In this document: positions 20,122 through 30,275 of the stretch, piece after piece
Position numbering within the stretch: the stretch's first letter is position 1
Layout of the letters: each line of letters starts with the position of its first letter
Source: an uncultured bacterium
GTDB taxonomy: Bacteria > Schekmanbacteria > GWA2-38-11 > J061
Direction of reading: 5' to 3'
Length of the DNA: 48,099 nt
NCBI GenBank assembly: GCA_964549305.1
Contig: CAZJVM010000016.1
Coordinates: 1 to 48,099 of the forward strand
The notes under the pieces: model-generated
The model's database searches: none
What the model was told of the DNA's origin: nothing
Seen by the model: the letters and a program-made list of their open reading frames with translations, nothing else
Made by a program: the position numbers and the translations under genes

Positions 20122-20902
20122 TTCTATCTATAATTTTATCGAAATCCGCACGGAAAACCCCGGTGCCTTTTCTGAGAATGGCAAAAAATTCCTTGTTTCC
20201 CTGCTGACCCTTGATTGGGGAAGTTGTCATGGATTCAATAAGAATATTACCTTTTGAAAAGAAATCGACAATGCCCTCGAGGACGATTCTGTGCTTATCG
20301 GGCGATTTTATAATACCTCCCTTGTCGACAAGCCCTTTACCGATTTCAAACTGAGGTTTTATCAGGGAGATGATGGTTCCGTTCTCTTTGAGAAGCGCAG
20401 ATACGGGGTCGATTATCTTTTTCACTGATATGAAGGATACGTCGATAGTCATTATGTCTGCTTTTTCGGGGATAATGTCCGGTGCTATATATCGCGCATT
20501 TACCTTTTCCATACTTATAACTCTGTGGTCGTTTCTGAGTTTCCAGTGAAGTTGTCCGCGACCGGTGTCTATGGCATAAACGCGCCTTGCGCCCTTTTGC
20601 AGGAGACAGTCGGTAAATCCGCCTGTAGATGCCCCTATATCAACGGCAATTTTATCGTGTACATCAATTTCATATTCGTTGATTACGCCTTCAAGCTTAA
20701 GCCCTCCTCTGCCAACATAAGGACAGGAAGCGCTCTTGACGGATATCTCCGAAGAGAGGTCAACCATTGTTCCGGCTTTTTCTATTTTCTCTCCTTCCAC
20801 GAAAACGACACCTGACATTATAAGCGCTTTTGCCAATGTCCTTGATTCTGCCAATTTTCTCTCCACTAAAATGCAGTCGAGTCGTTTTTTTTCTTTTTTC
20901 AT
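20114..20902 (-). CDS. tlyA: TlyA-family rRNA 2'-O-methyltransferase
   Basis: S4 domain (RLD..LV), YVGRGGLKL, DIGASTGGFTD, DVSFIS, LIKPQFE, GNKEF. Confidence 0.95.
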   Translation of the reverse strand: MKKEKKRLDCILVERKLAESRTLAKALIMSGVVFVEGEKIEKAGTMVDLSSEISVKSASCPYVGRGGLKLEGVINEYEIDVHDKIAVDIGASTGGFTDCLLQKGARRVYAIDTGRGQLHWKLRNDHRVISMEKVNARYIAPDIIPEKADIMTIDVSFISVKKIIDPVSALLKENGTIISLIKPQFEIGKGLVDKGGIIKSPDKHRIVLEGIVDFFSKGNILIESMTTSPIKGQQGNKEFFAILRKGTGVFRADFDKIIDRII

Positions 20903-23262
20903 ACGTCTGATTTTTTCTTGTAAAAAAATTGTCTGTAAATTGCCGTAAAAAAAAGCGCAAGGAAAGTAAAAAGCGATATTCCAATCCCTGTGGAAAGTCC
21001 GGGATGAACGAATGAGAATACTATTTCGTGTTCCCCTGCAGGCACAAAAACTCCTCTAAAATTATAATCTGCCCTAAGCAAAGGACTCTTCATGCCGTCA
21101 ATAAAAACGGACCATCCGGGAAACCACGAATCGCAAAGAAGCAGATACGAGTCCGAAACTGAAGTTGTCCGTATTTTCACTTCATCCGGTTTATAGGATA
21201 TAATTCCGGCAGAATTGACAGTATAGGAGTTGTCCCGCGCAGACAACTTTTTATCTCTACTTTCATTATCTCCTTTAAGAAGAATTTGTTCACGGGGGTC
21301 GAAATCATTATTTTTCATATAAGAAAGCATATCATCGTAATTTTTAAAAAAGAGGGGATTTTTAACAAAAAACGTTCGTGGCAAATATTCCCTGTTTTCA
21401 AGAATGGTAAATTCTTCAGTCCTGTGTCGGTAAATAATATTATAAGGGGACCTGGCGCCATCATCGGGAGGTGTAATGAAATACCTTACATTCATCAAAT
21501 TCATAAAGAGTTTTGTGCCATTCAGGGAATTTTTTAATTTTGAATAATTGCCGAGAATGTAAGAACTGTATGTACCGAGGTAAAGAGTACCGTATTTTAC
21601 CCCCGTGCCTTCCTTCAGGGTGTTTTGTTTGAAAATAATACTTTTTTCAATATTTGTTTTTCCATCAAGTTGGGGATAATTGAACCCTTTTTTAAAATTT
21701 TCTGACCTGAAAACTCTGTAAGACCATTTTTCCCCATCAGGGTCTGCTTCTTCAATCTGCTTCAGGGCAAGAGGTTTTAGCTTAAAGAAGATATCCTCTA
21801 TGAGAAATATATTTTTATATCCCATTGTCCATAAATCAGTGAAAAGAATTAAGAGTAAGAGAATAAGAAAACCGTTTTTTCTTTCTTTCAGAAAAATTAC
21901 GATTATCAGGACGGAAAGAACAAGAAAGAGAAAAGGAAGTCTCAAGGCATTGAAAAGATATGATAATGGCAGGTATTTCCCGGAAATTAATCTGTAAAAA
22001 GCGACCGATAGAGGGCAGAGAGCTAAATAGATAATCGCGGAGAGGAAAACCTTCTTTTTGACTTTCCTTTTATCATTGCAATTGATTAATTCAGAAAAAC
22101 CTGTTGATGCAATAACGGAGATTGAAAGTGCGGAAAAAATGAGAAGTTTCCCCGGATATCTGAAACTTGAAAAGAAGGGTAGAAGCTTGAGCATTAAAGG
22201 ATATATAAAAAGTTTGCTTCCGCACGACGCGGCAAAAGAGAAAATAAACAGGGAAAAAAAGAACAATTCTCCCCTTTTTTTCCTGCCTGATAATATTGAA
22301 AAAATAAAGAATAAAAAAACTATGCTGCCGCAGTAGATATATGGCGACCATTCGCCTGACGCAGGGGAGGTGAAAGAGGGTGATATTCCCGGGAGGATTC
22401 TATCTGTCTGCGTGGCGTTTCCCAAGAGGTTAGGAATCGCAAACTCGAAGAAGTTTAAAGGATGAAAGGAAAATTTGTAAATTTCCCCTAAATTGATTCC
22501 ATCTGCCCGTGTAGTTTGGGGGTAAAGGTATAAAAGAGGTATTGCCAACGCGGAAATCAGGCCCGCAAAAATGGTAATTACGAAGAAGATGTATTTTGCG
22601 CGCTGTTTAAAGCTTTGAAATTTGTTTTCTCTTCTTTCTCCGGTGACGTTAAAGAAAAGTAAAAGGCAGAGTATTGCTGATTCAATGTAAACTATTTCTA
22701 TATCTCCGCCAAAAAACTGCATAGACATTGCGAGGGGTGTTAACGCAATTCCTCCAAAAGAGGGAGAACTCTTTTTTGAAAAAATCCTGAAGACTCCTAA
22801 AAAAAAGAGAGGGAGAAACGTACCTCCCGCAAGAAAAGGAAGATTGTAATGAATGAATATAAAATAGCCTCCCAATGAATAGGAAAGGGCGCAGAATATT
22901 GCCGATTTGTCATTGCAGTTAATTTCGTAAGCGAGAAGATATGCGAAGAATCCCGCAATGACATAATGGAGAATTACATATAGTTCATATGCCGGGTTAA
23001 AGGGGAAGAAAAGAAAGATGAGGTTTAGAGGATAAAAGGACTGCATCACAGGGTCTGACACAAGGGGCATTCCGCCGTTAAAAAAGGGGTTCCACTGAGG
23101 TAATGATAAGCTTCTTAATCCTTCGGCGATAAAAAGCTTGAAGGGTCTGAAAAGATAAGTTGTGTCCGAGTAGAAGAATGTCTTTTCGGAAAAAATAATT
23201 CCGGAGAAGAAAATAAAAGACGCGGCTAAAACAATAAGAAAAATATTTATTTTTTTATTCAT
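20899..23262 (-). CDS. YfhO-like polytopic membrane protein (putative GT-C glycosyltransferase)
   Basis: PQWNPFFNGGMP..FYP motif, many TM helices, C-terminal DSWFPGW..ADYNFRGV..PAGEH + final TM. Confidence 0.8.
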   Translation of the reverse strand: MNKKINIFLIVLAASFIFFSGIIFSEKTFFYSDTTYLFRPFKLFIAEGLRSLSLPQWNPFFNGGMPLVSDPVMQSFYPLNLIFLFFPFNPAYELYVILHYVIAGFFAYLLAYEINCNDKSAIFCALSYSLGGYFIFIHYNLPFLAGGTFLPLFFLGVFRIFSKKSSPSFGGIALTPLAMSMQFFGGDIEIVYIESAILCLLLFFNVTGERRENKFQSFKQRAKYIFFVITIFAGLISALAIPLLYLYPQTTRADGINLGEIYKFSFHPLNFFEFAIPNLLGNATQTDRILPGISPSFTSPASGEWSPYIYCGSIVFLFFIFSILSGRKKRGELFFFSLFIFSFAASCGSKLFIYPLMLKLLPFFSSFRYPGKLLIFSALSISVIASTGFSELINCNDKRKVKKKVFLSAIIYLALCPLSVAFYRLISGKYLPLSYLFNALRLPFLFLVLSVLIIVIFLKERKNGFLILLLLILFTDLWTMGYKNIFLIEDIFFKLKPLALKQIEEADPDGEKWSYRVFRSENFKKGFNYPQLDGKTNIEKSIIFKQNTLKEGTGVKYGTLYLGTYSSYILGNYSKLKNSLNGTKLFMNLMNVRYFITPPDDGARSPYNIIYRHRTEEFTILENREYLPRTFFVKNPLFFKNYDDMLSYMKNNDFDPREQILLKGDNESRDKKLSARDNSYTVNSAGIISYKPDEVKIRTTSVSDSYLLLCDSWFPGWSVFIDGMKSPLLRADYNFRGVFVPAGEHEIVFSFVHPGLSTGIGISLFTFLALFFTAIYRQFFYKKKSDV

Positions 23263-23392
23263 ATTTTTGAAATCAGACTACCGGCAGAAATAAAAAAATT
23301 ATATGCTTATAAAGATTTCTAATCATATGATAAAAGATAGCGGTGAACAATGGCATCAAAAAAAACGAATAATTAATTTTCTCCATTTGACC

Positions 23393-23421
23393 TTGACAAC
23401 TTTCAGGCGCGCTTGTAGCAT
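23393..23421 (+). promoter_or_regulatory. Putative sigma70 promoter for hisS
   Basis: TTGACA-17 nt-TAGCAT. Confidence 0.6.
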
Positions 23422-23483
23422 TCACGCCTGAATTATAAGGATTAAAGATGGAAATGATATAATCACGCGACAGCGGTATTAAA

Positions 23484-24890
23484 ATGAAGAAAGATAAAAA
23501 GAGAATAAATAAAGTTCAGTCAGTGAGAGGCACACAGGATATTTTTCCCGCGCAGTATTACCTCAGAGAGGCGGCATACATAAAACTTGCTGAAGTTTTT
23601 GAGCGATACGGATATCAGGGGATAGACCTTCCTTTGATTGAATCCCTCGAACTTCATCAGAGAAAATCCGGAGACAAAATAATAAAAGGTATGTATGCCT
23701 TCAAGGATTACGGTGACAGGGATATATGCCTCAGGCCCGAAATAACGGCTTCGGTAGTGAGGGCATTCAACAGCGGTCTTGAAAACGAGAAGAGGCCTGT
23801 AAAACTCTATTACCATGGTTATGTTTTCAGATATGACAAACCTCAGGAAGGCAGATACAGGCAGTTTACACAAACTGGAGTGGAGATTATCGGCACCCCT
23901 TCCCTTGAATACGATGCCGAGATGATAAAGACGGCATCGGAATGCATGAATGCCCTTGGTATAAAAAAATATGAAATATCTTTGAGCGACGTAAGTATTC
24001 TTTTTACTCTTCTTGACCGCCTGGGACTTGCAAAGGAGATGAAAAGTCAGGTAATCGGATATCTCGAGGATTTGAATAAAGTTGAGGATAAGAAGGAATT
24101 TCTTCCGGTAATTAAGAAAGGATTTAAAGAGCTTGGAATTCCTTCTGAGGAAGTGGAAAACCGGGATTCTCCCTATGGAAAAGTTCTTCGCCTCATTTTG
24201 GAGTTGTCGGGATTGAAGGGCGCGCCTCCGCAGATATTCGACAAGCTTGAAGAAGTTTTTTCACACTTCATAGAGGATGAAAGGGACTATCCCGACACTG
24301 CGCCACTTAGAAAAGTTTGTGAAGTCCTCAATGCCCTTGAAATCGACTGGAAGAGGACTAATGTGGATTTCGGATTCGGAAGAGGGCTTGAATATTATAC
24401 AGGCACTGTCTTTGAAATATATTGTTCAAATCTCGGTGCGGCAAATCAGGTTTGCGGAGGCGGAAGATATGATGAACTGCTGACTTTGCTCGGCGGACGG
24501 GGCGAGTCAAAGTCTCTGGGATTTTCTTTCGGTTTTGAGCGCATCCTTCTTGCCGCTGAAAGAGAAGAGGAGGGAAAGAAAAAAAATCCGGAAAATCTTG
24601 TAAATGGATTTTCGCAGGTTTGCGTGATTCCCATTTCTCCCGAAAGAGTAAATTATGCCGTTAAGATATCATCTCTTTTCAGAGAAAAGGGAATAAAAAC
24701 CGAAACCGATTTTTCGGGCAGGAATGCATCCAAAGCTATAAAGAATGCACACAGCAGAGGAATCGCATTTGTAGTTTTTGCAGGAGATGAAGAGGAAGAG
24801 AAGGGCGGTTTTACGATTAAAGATATGAAAAGTGGCAAGCAGAACTTTTATCTTCTTGAAGAAATCGAAAAAGCTGTTTCCGGAATATAA
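23484..24890 (+). CDS. hisS: Histidine--tRNA ligase
   Basis: RGTQD, LRPEIT, FRYDKPQEGRYRQFTQ, RGLEYYTG, GGGRYD, GFERI; anticodon-binding C-domain argues against HisZ. Confidence 0.92.
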   Translation: MKKDKKRINKVQSVRGTQDIFPAQYYLREAAYIKLAEVFERYGYQGIDLPLIESLELHQRKSGDKIIKGMYAFKDYGDRDICLRPEITASVVRAFNSGLENEKRPVKLYYHGYVFRYDKPQEGRYRQFTQTGVEIIGTPSLEYDAEMIKTASECMNALGIKKYEISLSDVSILFTLLDRLGLAKEMKSQVIGYLEDLNKVEDKKEFLPVIKKGFKELGIPSEEVENRDSPYGKVLRLILELSGLKGAPPQIFDKLEEVFSHFIEDERDYPDTAPLRKVCEVLNALEIDWKRTNVDFGFGRGLEYYTGTVFEIYCSNLGAANQVCGGGRYDELLTLLGGRGESKSLGFSFGFERILLAAEREEEGKKKNPENLVNGFSQVCVIPISPERVNYAVKISSLFREKGIKTETDFSGRNASKAIKNAHSRGIAFVVFAGDEEEEKGGFTIKDMKSGKQNFYLLEEIEKAVSGI

Positions 24891-25023
24891 TCCTGAGATA
24901 CGCTCAGTTTTGATTCTCCGAAATCGTTGTTATAGATTACGCATTGTAATAAACCCAAAATAGTAAAAAACATCTTGTTCCTGAAAGCATCGCTTATACT
25001 TTTTCATTTTATAAGAGGAATTG

Positions 25024-25294
25024 ATGATGAACAGGAATTTAAGTTTTTTTCAGAAGTATCTTAAATAATATTTATGATGGCGTTTATTATGTAAACTGTG
25101 ACAGAAAGATACAATCCTGGAATAAATCAGCCGAACTACTTTCCGGTTACAGCAAATCCGAAGTACTCAATAAATGTTGCTCCGATAATATTTTGATTCA
25201 CGTCAATATGAAGGGTGAAAATCTTTGTCTTTCCAAATGCCCTCTCAATATGGCCATTAATGACGGGAAAAAGAGGGTTACGGTCTGTACCTAA
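25024..25294 (+). pseudogene. Frameshifted, truncated PAS-domain gene fragment
   Basis: Manual translation FFRSILNNIYDGVYYVNCDRKIQSWNKSAELLSGYSKSEVLNKCCSDNILIHV...CLSKCPL; ATG 25024 is out of frame by one T in a T7 run (25044-25050); ends at recN 3' end. Confidence 0.75.
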
Positions 25295-26973
25295 ACTCCG
25301 GATTTGCCCGCATTCTGTTTAAGCATTTCTTTTGCGTGTTGCTTAGAAATGTCCGATAGACGATTTCCGCCGAGCATTCTGGCAAGCTCTTCCACTCTTT
25401 CTTCGCGTGAGAGCTTTTTCACTTTTGTCGAGGTTTTGTTTTTTTTAACCACTTTTGAAATTTGGTAGTGACTGTCTGCAAATTTGGCAATCTGCGGAAA
25501 GTGTGTGATGCATAGCACCTCCCTTTCAGTTGAAACATCTTTCAGCTTTTGCCCGACTTTTTCCGCGGTTACGCCTCCTATGCCTGCGTCGATTTCATCG
25601 AAGATTACAACGGGAATATCGTAGAATTTTGCAATGATTGACCTTATTGCAAGCATAAATCTTGAAAGTTCGCCTCCTGACGCAACACTTGAAAGAGGTT
25701 TTGGGGATTCTCCGGGGTTTGTGGAAATCAAAAAAAGAACTTTATCCATTCCCGATTGGGAAGCAGTTTCCAAGTCGCTTTTAAACTCAACTTTGAATTT
25801 TACTTTGTCCATTTCAAGAAATGAGAGTTCGCGGCAGATTTCCTTCTCGAGCTTAAATGCCGTTTCTTTTCTTTTTAGCGATAATTTTTTACAAATAGAA
25901 TGAAATTTGTTCTTTCCACTATCAATCTGCTTTTCCATTTCAACAAGATGTCCTGAATCGATATCTATGGATTCAAGCTCATTTTTTTTCTCTTCATTAA
26001 TTTCGATGATTTCATTGACCGATGCACTGTATTTGCGCTTCAGTCCCTGAATGAAAAAAAGCCGTTCCTCGATATCGTTGAGTCTTGACTCATCAAAAGA
26101 GAGAGACTCGGTATATTTTTGGATTTCCCTTGAAATATCGTCAATTTCTCCTGATAAACCTTTTAGGCGTGAGGCTATGTCTAAAAGTTTTTCGTCGAAT
26201 TTTGCCTGTTCATTTATCAATGAGGCACAACTGCTTACCGCAGAAAAAGCCGATGATTCGGACTCATAAAGCGCGGAGAGTGATTGCGAAAGCGCATCGT
26301 TAATGGAAAGGGCGTTTTTGAGTATTGCCCGTTCTTTTTCGAGCTCTTCGTCTTCGTCTTTTTTGAGCTGGGCTTTGTCAATCTCATCGGTTTGAAAAAG
26401 AAGAAGCTCTTTTTGGCTTTTAATTTCATTGATTTTCGAACTTAATTTTTTGTGCTCCTGCCTTAGAGATGTGAGTTTTTCAAATGATTCCTGTGTTGAA
26501 TAAACTTCCCTGGCGAGGTTGCCATAGGAGTCTATGATTGAAAGCTGGAAATCTTCCTTGAGAATCTGCTGGTGCGTATTTTGTCCGTGTATATCAACAA
26601 TCATTTCGCCCGCGCCTGCAAGGGTTGACAGAGTGCATCTGCGGTTATTAATGAATACGAGATTTTTGCCTTTTTGTGTAAATGCTCTTTTGAAAATCAG
26701 CAAACCTTTTTCACATTCAACACCTGAGCGGGAAAGATAATCGAAGAGGGGATGCCCTTCCCGGAATTCAAATACTGCTTCCACTTCCGCTTGCCCGCAT
26801 CCTGTTTTTATGAAATCCTGCGACGCCCTGCACCCGAGGGCAAACATCAAGGCATCTATAATAATCGATTTACCCGCGCCTGTTTCTCCCGTGAGGACAT
26901 TCAGTCCATTATCAAAGTTAACCTTGAGGTCATCAATAATGGCAAAATTTTTAATGGAAATTTCGGAAAGCAT
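25291..26973 (-). CDS. recN: DNA repair protein RecN
   Basis: LTGETGAGKSII, DIHGQ, ASGGELSR, FDEIDAGIGG, CITHFPQIA. Confidence 0.97.
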   Translation of the reverse strand: MLSEISIKNFAIIDDLKVNFDNGLNVLTGETGAGKSIIIDALMFALGCRASQDFIKTGCGQAEVEAVFEFREGHPLFDYLSRSGVECEKGLLIFKRAFTQKGKNLVFINNRRCTLSTLAGAGEMIVDIHGQNTHQQILKEDFQLSIIDSYGNLAREVYSTQESFEKLTSLRQEHKKLSSKINEIKSQKELLLFQTDEIDKAQLKKDEDEELEKERAILKNALSINDALSQSLSALYESESSAFSAVSSCASLINEQAKFDEKLLDIASRLKGLSGEIDDISREIQKYTESLSFDESRLNDIEERLFFIQGLKRKYSASVNEIIEINEEKKNELESIDIDSGHLVEMEKQIDSGKNKFHSICKKLSLKRKETAFKLEKEICRELSFLEMDKVKFKVEFKSDLETASQSGMDKVLFLISTNPGESPKPLSSVASGGELSRFMLAIRSIIAKFYDIPVVIFDEIDAGIGGVTAEKVGQKLKDVSTEREVLCITHFPQIAKFADSHYQISKVVKKNKTSTKVKKLSREERVEELARMLGGNRLSDISKQHAKEMLKQNAGKSGV

Positions 26974-26984
26974 AAACGGTTTTT

Positions 26985-27875
26985 CTATTTCTTTTCAGAA
27001 TTTCCCCATCCGAGTTTTGTTCGGAGAGTTTCAAAATAGTTTCTGTCTTTGCTCTGAATTATTCTTATGGAAGTTTCAGATTTCTTTATTTCAACTACAT
27101 CCTTTGATCTGAGTTTAAATCCGACCTGTCCGTCGAGGGTCAGCAAAACATCATCTGCATGGGGTTCCAGGGTCACTTCTATCGAGCTTGAACCGGGAAT
27201 GACTATGGGACGGTTCACGAGAGAGTGTGGGCAGATAGGAGAAATAGTAATGGCATCGAGATTGGGATAAACTATGGGACCTCCAGCGGCAAGCGAGTAT
27301 GCCGTTGAGCCTGTGGGGCTTGAAACGATAAGCCCGTCAGCCCTGTATCTTGTGACAAATTTTCCGTCAATGAAAGTTGACATATTGATTATCCGCGCAA
27401 GTGCGCCGTTATTAATCACAATATCATTGAGCGCGTTATACTCGGATATCCTTTCCCCCTGCCTGTGCACGTGTGTCCTTAGCAACATTCTGTTGTCTGT
27501 GTCGTAATTGCCTTCAAATACCGATTCGAGAACGCGGTACATATTTGAAAGAGTGGTTTCCGTGAGAAATCCGAGACTTCCGAGATTTATGCCAAGTACG
27601 GGAACGTCCGTTTTTACGAGAAGTCTTGCAACGCTCAAAAATGTTCCGTCTCCTCCGAGGACAATTATCAGGTCGCAGTTTGTAGGAAGGTCTGATTTGC
27701 GGGTGCTTTTCCCGTCATATTTAATAAGTGATTTTGTGTCTTCATCGAGGATTGTTTCCTTCCCTTTTTCTTTGAGCCAGGAAATGAGTTTTGCAAGCAC
27801 ATTTGGCACATTTTCCCTGAGAGGTTTTGAAACAATACCTATTGCCCTGAATTCTTCATTTTTTACCTTATCCAT
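26985..27875 (-). CDS. nadK: NAD(+) kinase
   Basis: GGDGTFL, NLGSLGFL, ALND, DGLIVSSPTGSTAYSLAAGGP; start uncertain (27875, 27887 or 27941). Confidence 0.95.
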   Translation of the reverse strand: MDKVKNEEFRAIGIVSKPLRENVPNVLAKLISWLKEKGKETILDEDTKSLIKYDGKSTRKSDLPTNCDLIIVLGGDGTFLSVARLLVKTDVPVLGINLGSLGFLTETTLSNMYRVLESVFEGNYDTDNRMLLRTHVHRQGERISEYNALNDIVINNGALARIINMSTFIDGKFVTRYRADGLIVSSPTGSTAYSLAAGGPIVYPNLDAITISPICPHSLVNRPIVIPGSSSIEVTLEPHADDVLLTLDGQVGFKLRSKDVVEIKKSETSIRIIQSKDRNYFETLRTKLGWGNSEKK

Positions 27876-28013
27876 AAGCTTTATCATAAACCCCAAAAAC
27901 CTGAAAAATTCAACTAAAATAATGCCGCTTTTTTTTGGCAACCCCTCTCTGCCACTATGAAAAAAAGTTAAATTAAAAAAATATATCCCTAAAATGCCTA
28001 TATTTTCTAATTA

Positions 28014-28042
28014 TTGAAATAAAATTTCTCTCCTGATATGAT
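28014..28042 (+). promoter_or_regulatory. Putative sigma70 promoter for argS
   Basis: TTGAAA-17 nt-TATGAT with extended -10 TG. Confidence 0.55.
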
Positions 28043-28094
28043 TTGCAAAGTTTTTGTTGTGGCAAATGCCTTATTATGAATCGGAGAAAATCTA

Positions 28095-29735
28095 TTGAAA
28101 AGTGAAATTGAAAATAGTTTGAAGCAGTCAGTCCATAATGCCTTGAAAGATGCCAATGATATAACCTTACCCTCGGTTATCGTCGAAAGGCCTCGCAACT
28201 TGGGACACGGGGATTTCGCCACTAATATCGCAATGCTTCTTGCGGGAATCCTGAAAAGAAAACCCCGTGAAATAGCAGATGATGTGATAAAAGGATTTGA
28301 GTGTAAATATGTTAAAAAATGTGAAATAGCCGGTCCCGGTTTTATTAATTTTTTCCTGAAAGATACTGCGTGGCAGAATGTCCTTAATGATGTTTCCGGG
28401 CAAGGCGGGGATTACGGAAGATCAACCATTGGCGGTGGGAAAACCTGCAATCTTGAATTTGTCAGCGCAAACCCTACGGGTCCTCTTCACATAGGGCACG
28501 GACGGGGCGCAGTAGTGGGAGATGTCCTTGCCAATGTTTTGGATTTTGCCGGCTTTAAGGTTTGCAGGGAATATTACATAAATGACTTCGGCAATCAGAT
28601 TGTAATTCTTGGACACTCCATGAAAGCGCGCTATCTTGAAGAGTTGGGAAAGGAATTTACCTTTCCCGAAGGCGGGTATCCCGGGTCCTATCTGACTGAT
28701 ATTGCAAAGGAAATCGTTTCAAATGACGCAGATTCCCTTGAAGATAAAGACCCCGCTTTTTTCTCTGCGCTGGCGCGGGGAAAAATACTCGATATGATAA
28801 AAGTGGATCTTGCCTATTTCAGAGTTTCTTTCGACAACTGGTACAGTGAGCGCAAACTTCACGATACGGGCGAAGTTACAAAGGCAATAGACAAGCTAAA
28901 AGAGCAGGGTGTTATCTATGAAGATGACAGTACCCTCTGGCTAAATTCTACAAAATACGGAGATGAGAAGGACAGGGTTGTCGTAAGAAAAAGCGGAGAG
29001 CCCACTTATCTTGCCTCGGATATTGCCTATCACAGGGATAAATTCGAACGGAAGTTTGAATCCGTGGTAAATATATGGGGTGCCGACCACCATGGATATA
29101 TCCCGCGCATAAAATCGGTAATCGATGCGATGGGATATGATTCCACAAAGTTTCGCGTAATACTTATACAGATGGTCAATCTTATGAGAGACGGCAAACC
29201 TGTGGCGATGGGCAAAAGGGAAGGAGAATTTATCACTCTCAGAGAAGTCCTCGATGAGGTAGGTGTAGATGCGGCAAGATTCTTTTTCCTTGAAAGAAAA
29301 AGCGATGCCCATCTGAATTTTGACCTGACGCTTGCCAAGGAGCAGTCAAATAACAACCCCGTTTATTATATTCAGTATGCCCACGCGAGAATATGTAGTA
29401 TTCTCAGGAAAGCGGAGGAAAAAAACATAGATACAAACTCTTTGAAAGATGCCAATGTTTTTCTTTTGAGCGGCGAAAAAGAGCTTGAAATTATGAAAAA
29501 AATAGACACCTTCAGGGAAATCGTGGAACTTATCGCTTCAACATTCGAGCCGCACCATTTGACTTTTTATCTAAAAGAGCTTGTAGGAATGTTTCATGCG
29601 TACTATTATGACAATCCTATTCTCAGTGACGATAAAGAGTTATCGAGGGCAAGATTAAGGTTTGTTTTGGCAATAAGGCAGGTTATCAGAAACGGATTAA
29701 AGCTGCTTAACATTGAAGCGCCGGAAAGAATGTAA
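28095..29735 (+). CDS. argS: Arginine--tRNA ligase
   Basis: HGDFATN, EFVSANPTGPLHIGHGR, WGADHHGY, YYIQYAHARI, APERM. Confidence 0.98.
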   Translation: MKSEIENSLKQSVHNALKDANDITLPSVIVERPRNLGHGDFATNIAMLLAGILKRKPREIADDVIKGFECKYVKKCEIAGPGFINFFLKDTAWQNVLNDVSGQGGDYGRSTIGGGKTCNLEFVSANPTGPLHIGHGRGAVVGDVLANVLDFAGFKVCREYYINDFGNQIVILGHSMKARYLEELGKEFTFPEGGYPGSYLTDIAKEIVSNDADSLEDKDPAFFSALARGKILDMIKVDLAYFRVSFDNWYSERKLHDTGEVTKAIDKLKEQGVIYEDDSTLWLNSTKYGDEKDRVVVRKSGEPTYLASDIAYHRDKFERKFESVVNIWGADHHGYIPRIKSVIDAMGYDSTKFRVILIQMVNLMRDGKPVAMGKREGEFITLREVLDEVGVDAARFFFLERKSDAHLNFDLTLAKEQSNNNPVYYIQYAHARICSILRKAEEKNIDTNSLKDANVFLLSGEKELEIMKKIDTFREIVELIASTFEPHHLTFYLKELVGMFHAYYYDNPILSDDKELSRARLRFVLAIRQVIRNGLKLLNIEAPERM

Positions 29736-29941
29736 TGACTCCCATAATCGATGAGGAAAGAATAAAAGAGAAAAAATTTTCCGGAATTAATATAGACAGG
29801 GATACTGCGAGACTGTGTATAATCATTTTTCTTGCAGGAATAATAGTTGGGATATTTCTCGCAAATCCCGTCAAATCACTTTTAAACAGCTTAATGAAAC
29901 TTCCCGTCGCGACAAGCGATAAACTTCCGGAAAAAGAATAG
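29735..29941 (+). CDS. Small single-TM hypothetical protein
   Basis: TAATG overlap with argS stop; one hydrophobic helix. Confidence 0.55.
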   Translation: MTPIIDEERIKEKKFSGINIDRDTARLCIIIFLAGIIVGIFLANPVKSLLNSLMKLPVATSDKLPEKE

Positions 29942-30022
29942 ATTATCGCTGGAATATTGTAATTCCTTTTTATTTCCTTGAATGCTGAGAGTTGTATTTA
30001 AAAAGCACCAGAGGAGGCAATT

Positions 30023-30259
30023 TTGAAGTTTTTCGTAGAAACAGGGTTGTTCAGTAATGAGAAATTCGCGCGAAGCCAAAAAGAAATGCTCATTCGAAAA
30101 GGTTATGACTGCAGAATAGAGAAAGTCAAAAAAGAGAGGAAACGCTATTTCTCTGTGAGAACGGGAAATTATGATTCGCGATCCGATGCGTCAAAGATAG
30201 TCGATTCGCTTAATGAAAAAGAAAGATTGAGGGGAAAAATACTGATGTCCGAAGATTGA
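30023..30259 (+). CDS. SPOR domain (peptidoglycan-binding) protein without signal or TM
   Basis: FFVETGLFSNEKFA...L..KGY...YFSVRTGNYDSR..A pattern; GAGGAGG RBS before TTG. Confidence 0.65.
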   Translation: MKFFVETGLFSNEKFARSQKEMLIRKGYDCRIEKVKKERKRYFSVRTGNYDSRSDASKIVDSLNEKERLRGKILMSED

Positions 30260-30275
30260 GCTTTTTGTTTACCTG

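Noticed and set aside
23484..24890. HisZ as an alternative annotation
   Set aside because: Retains HisRS catalytic motifs and the anticodon-binding domain; no hisG adjacent
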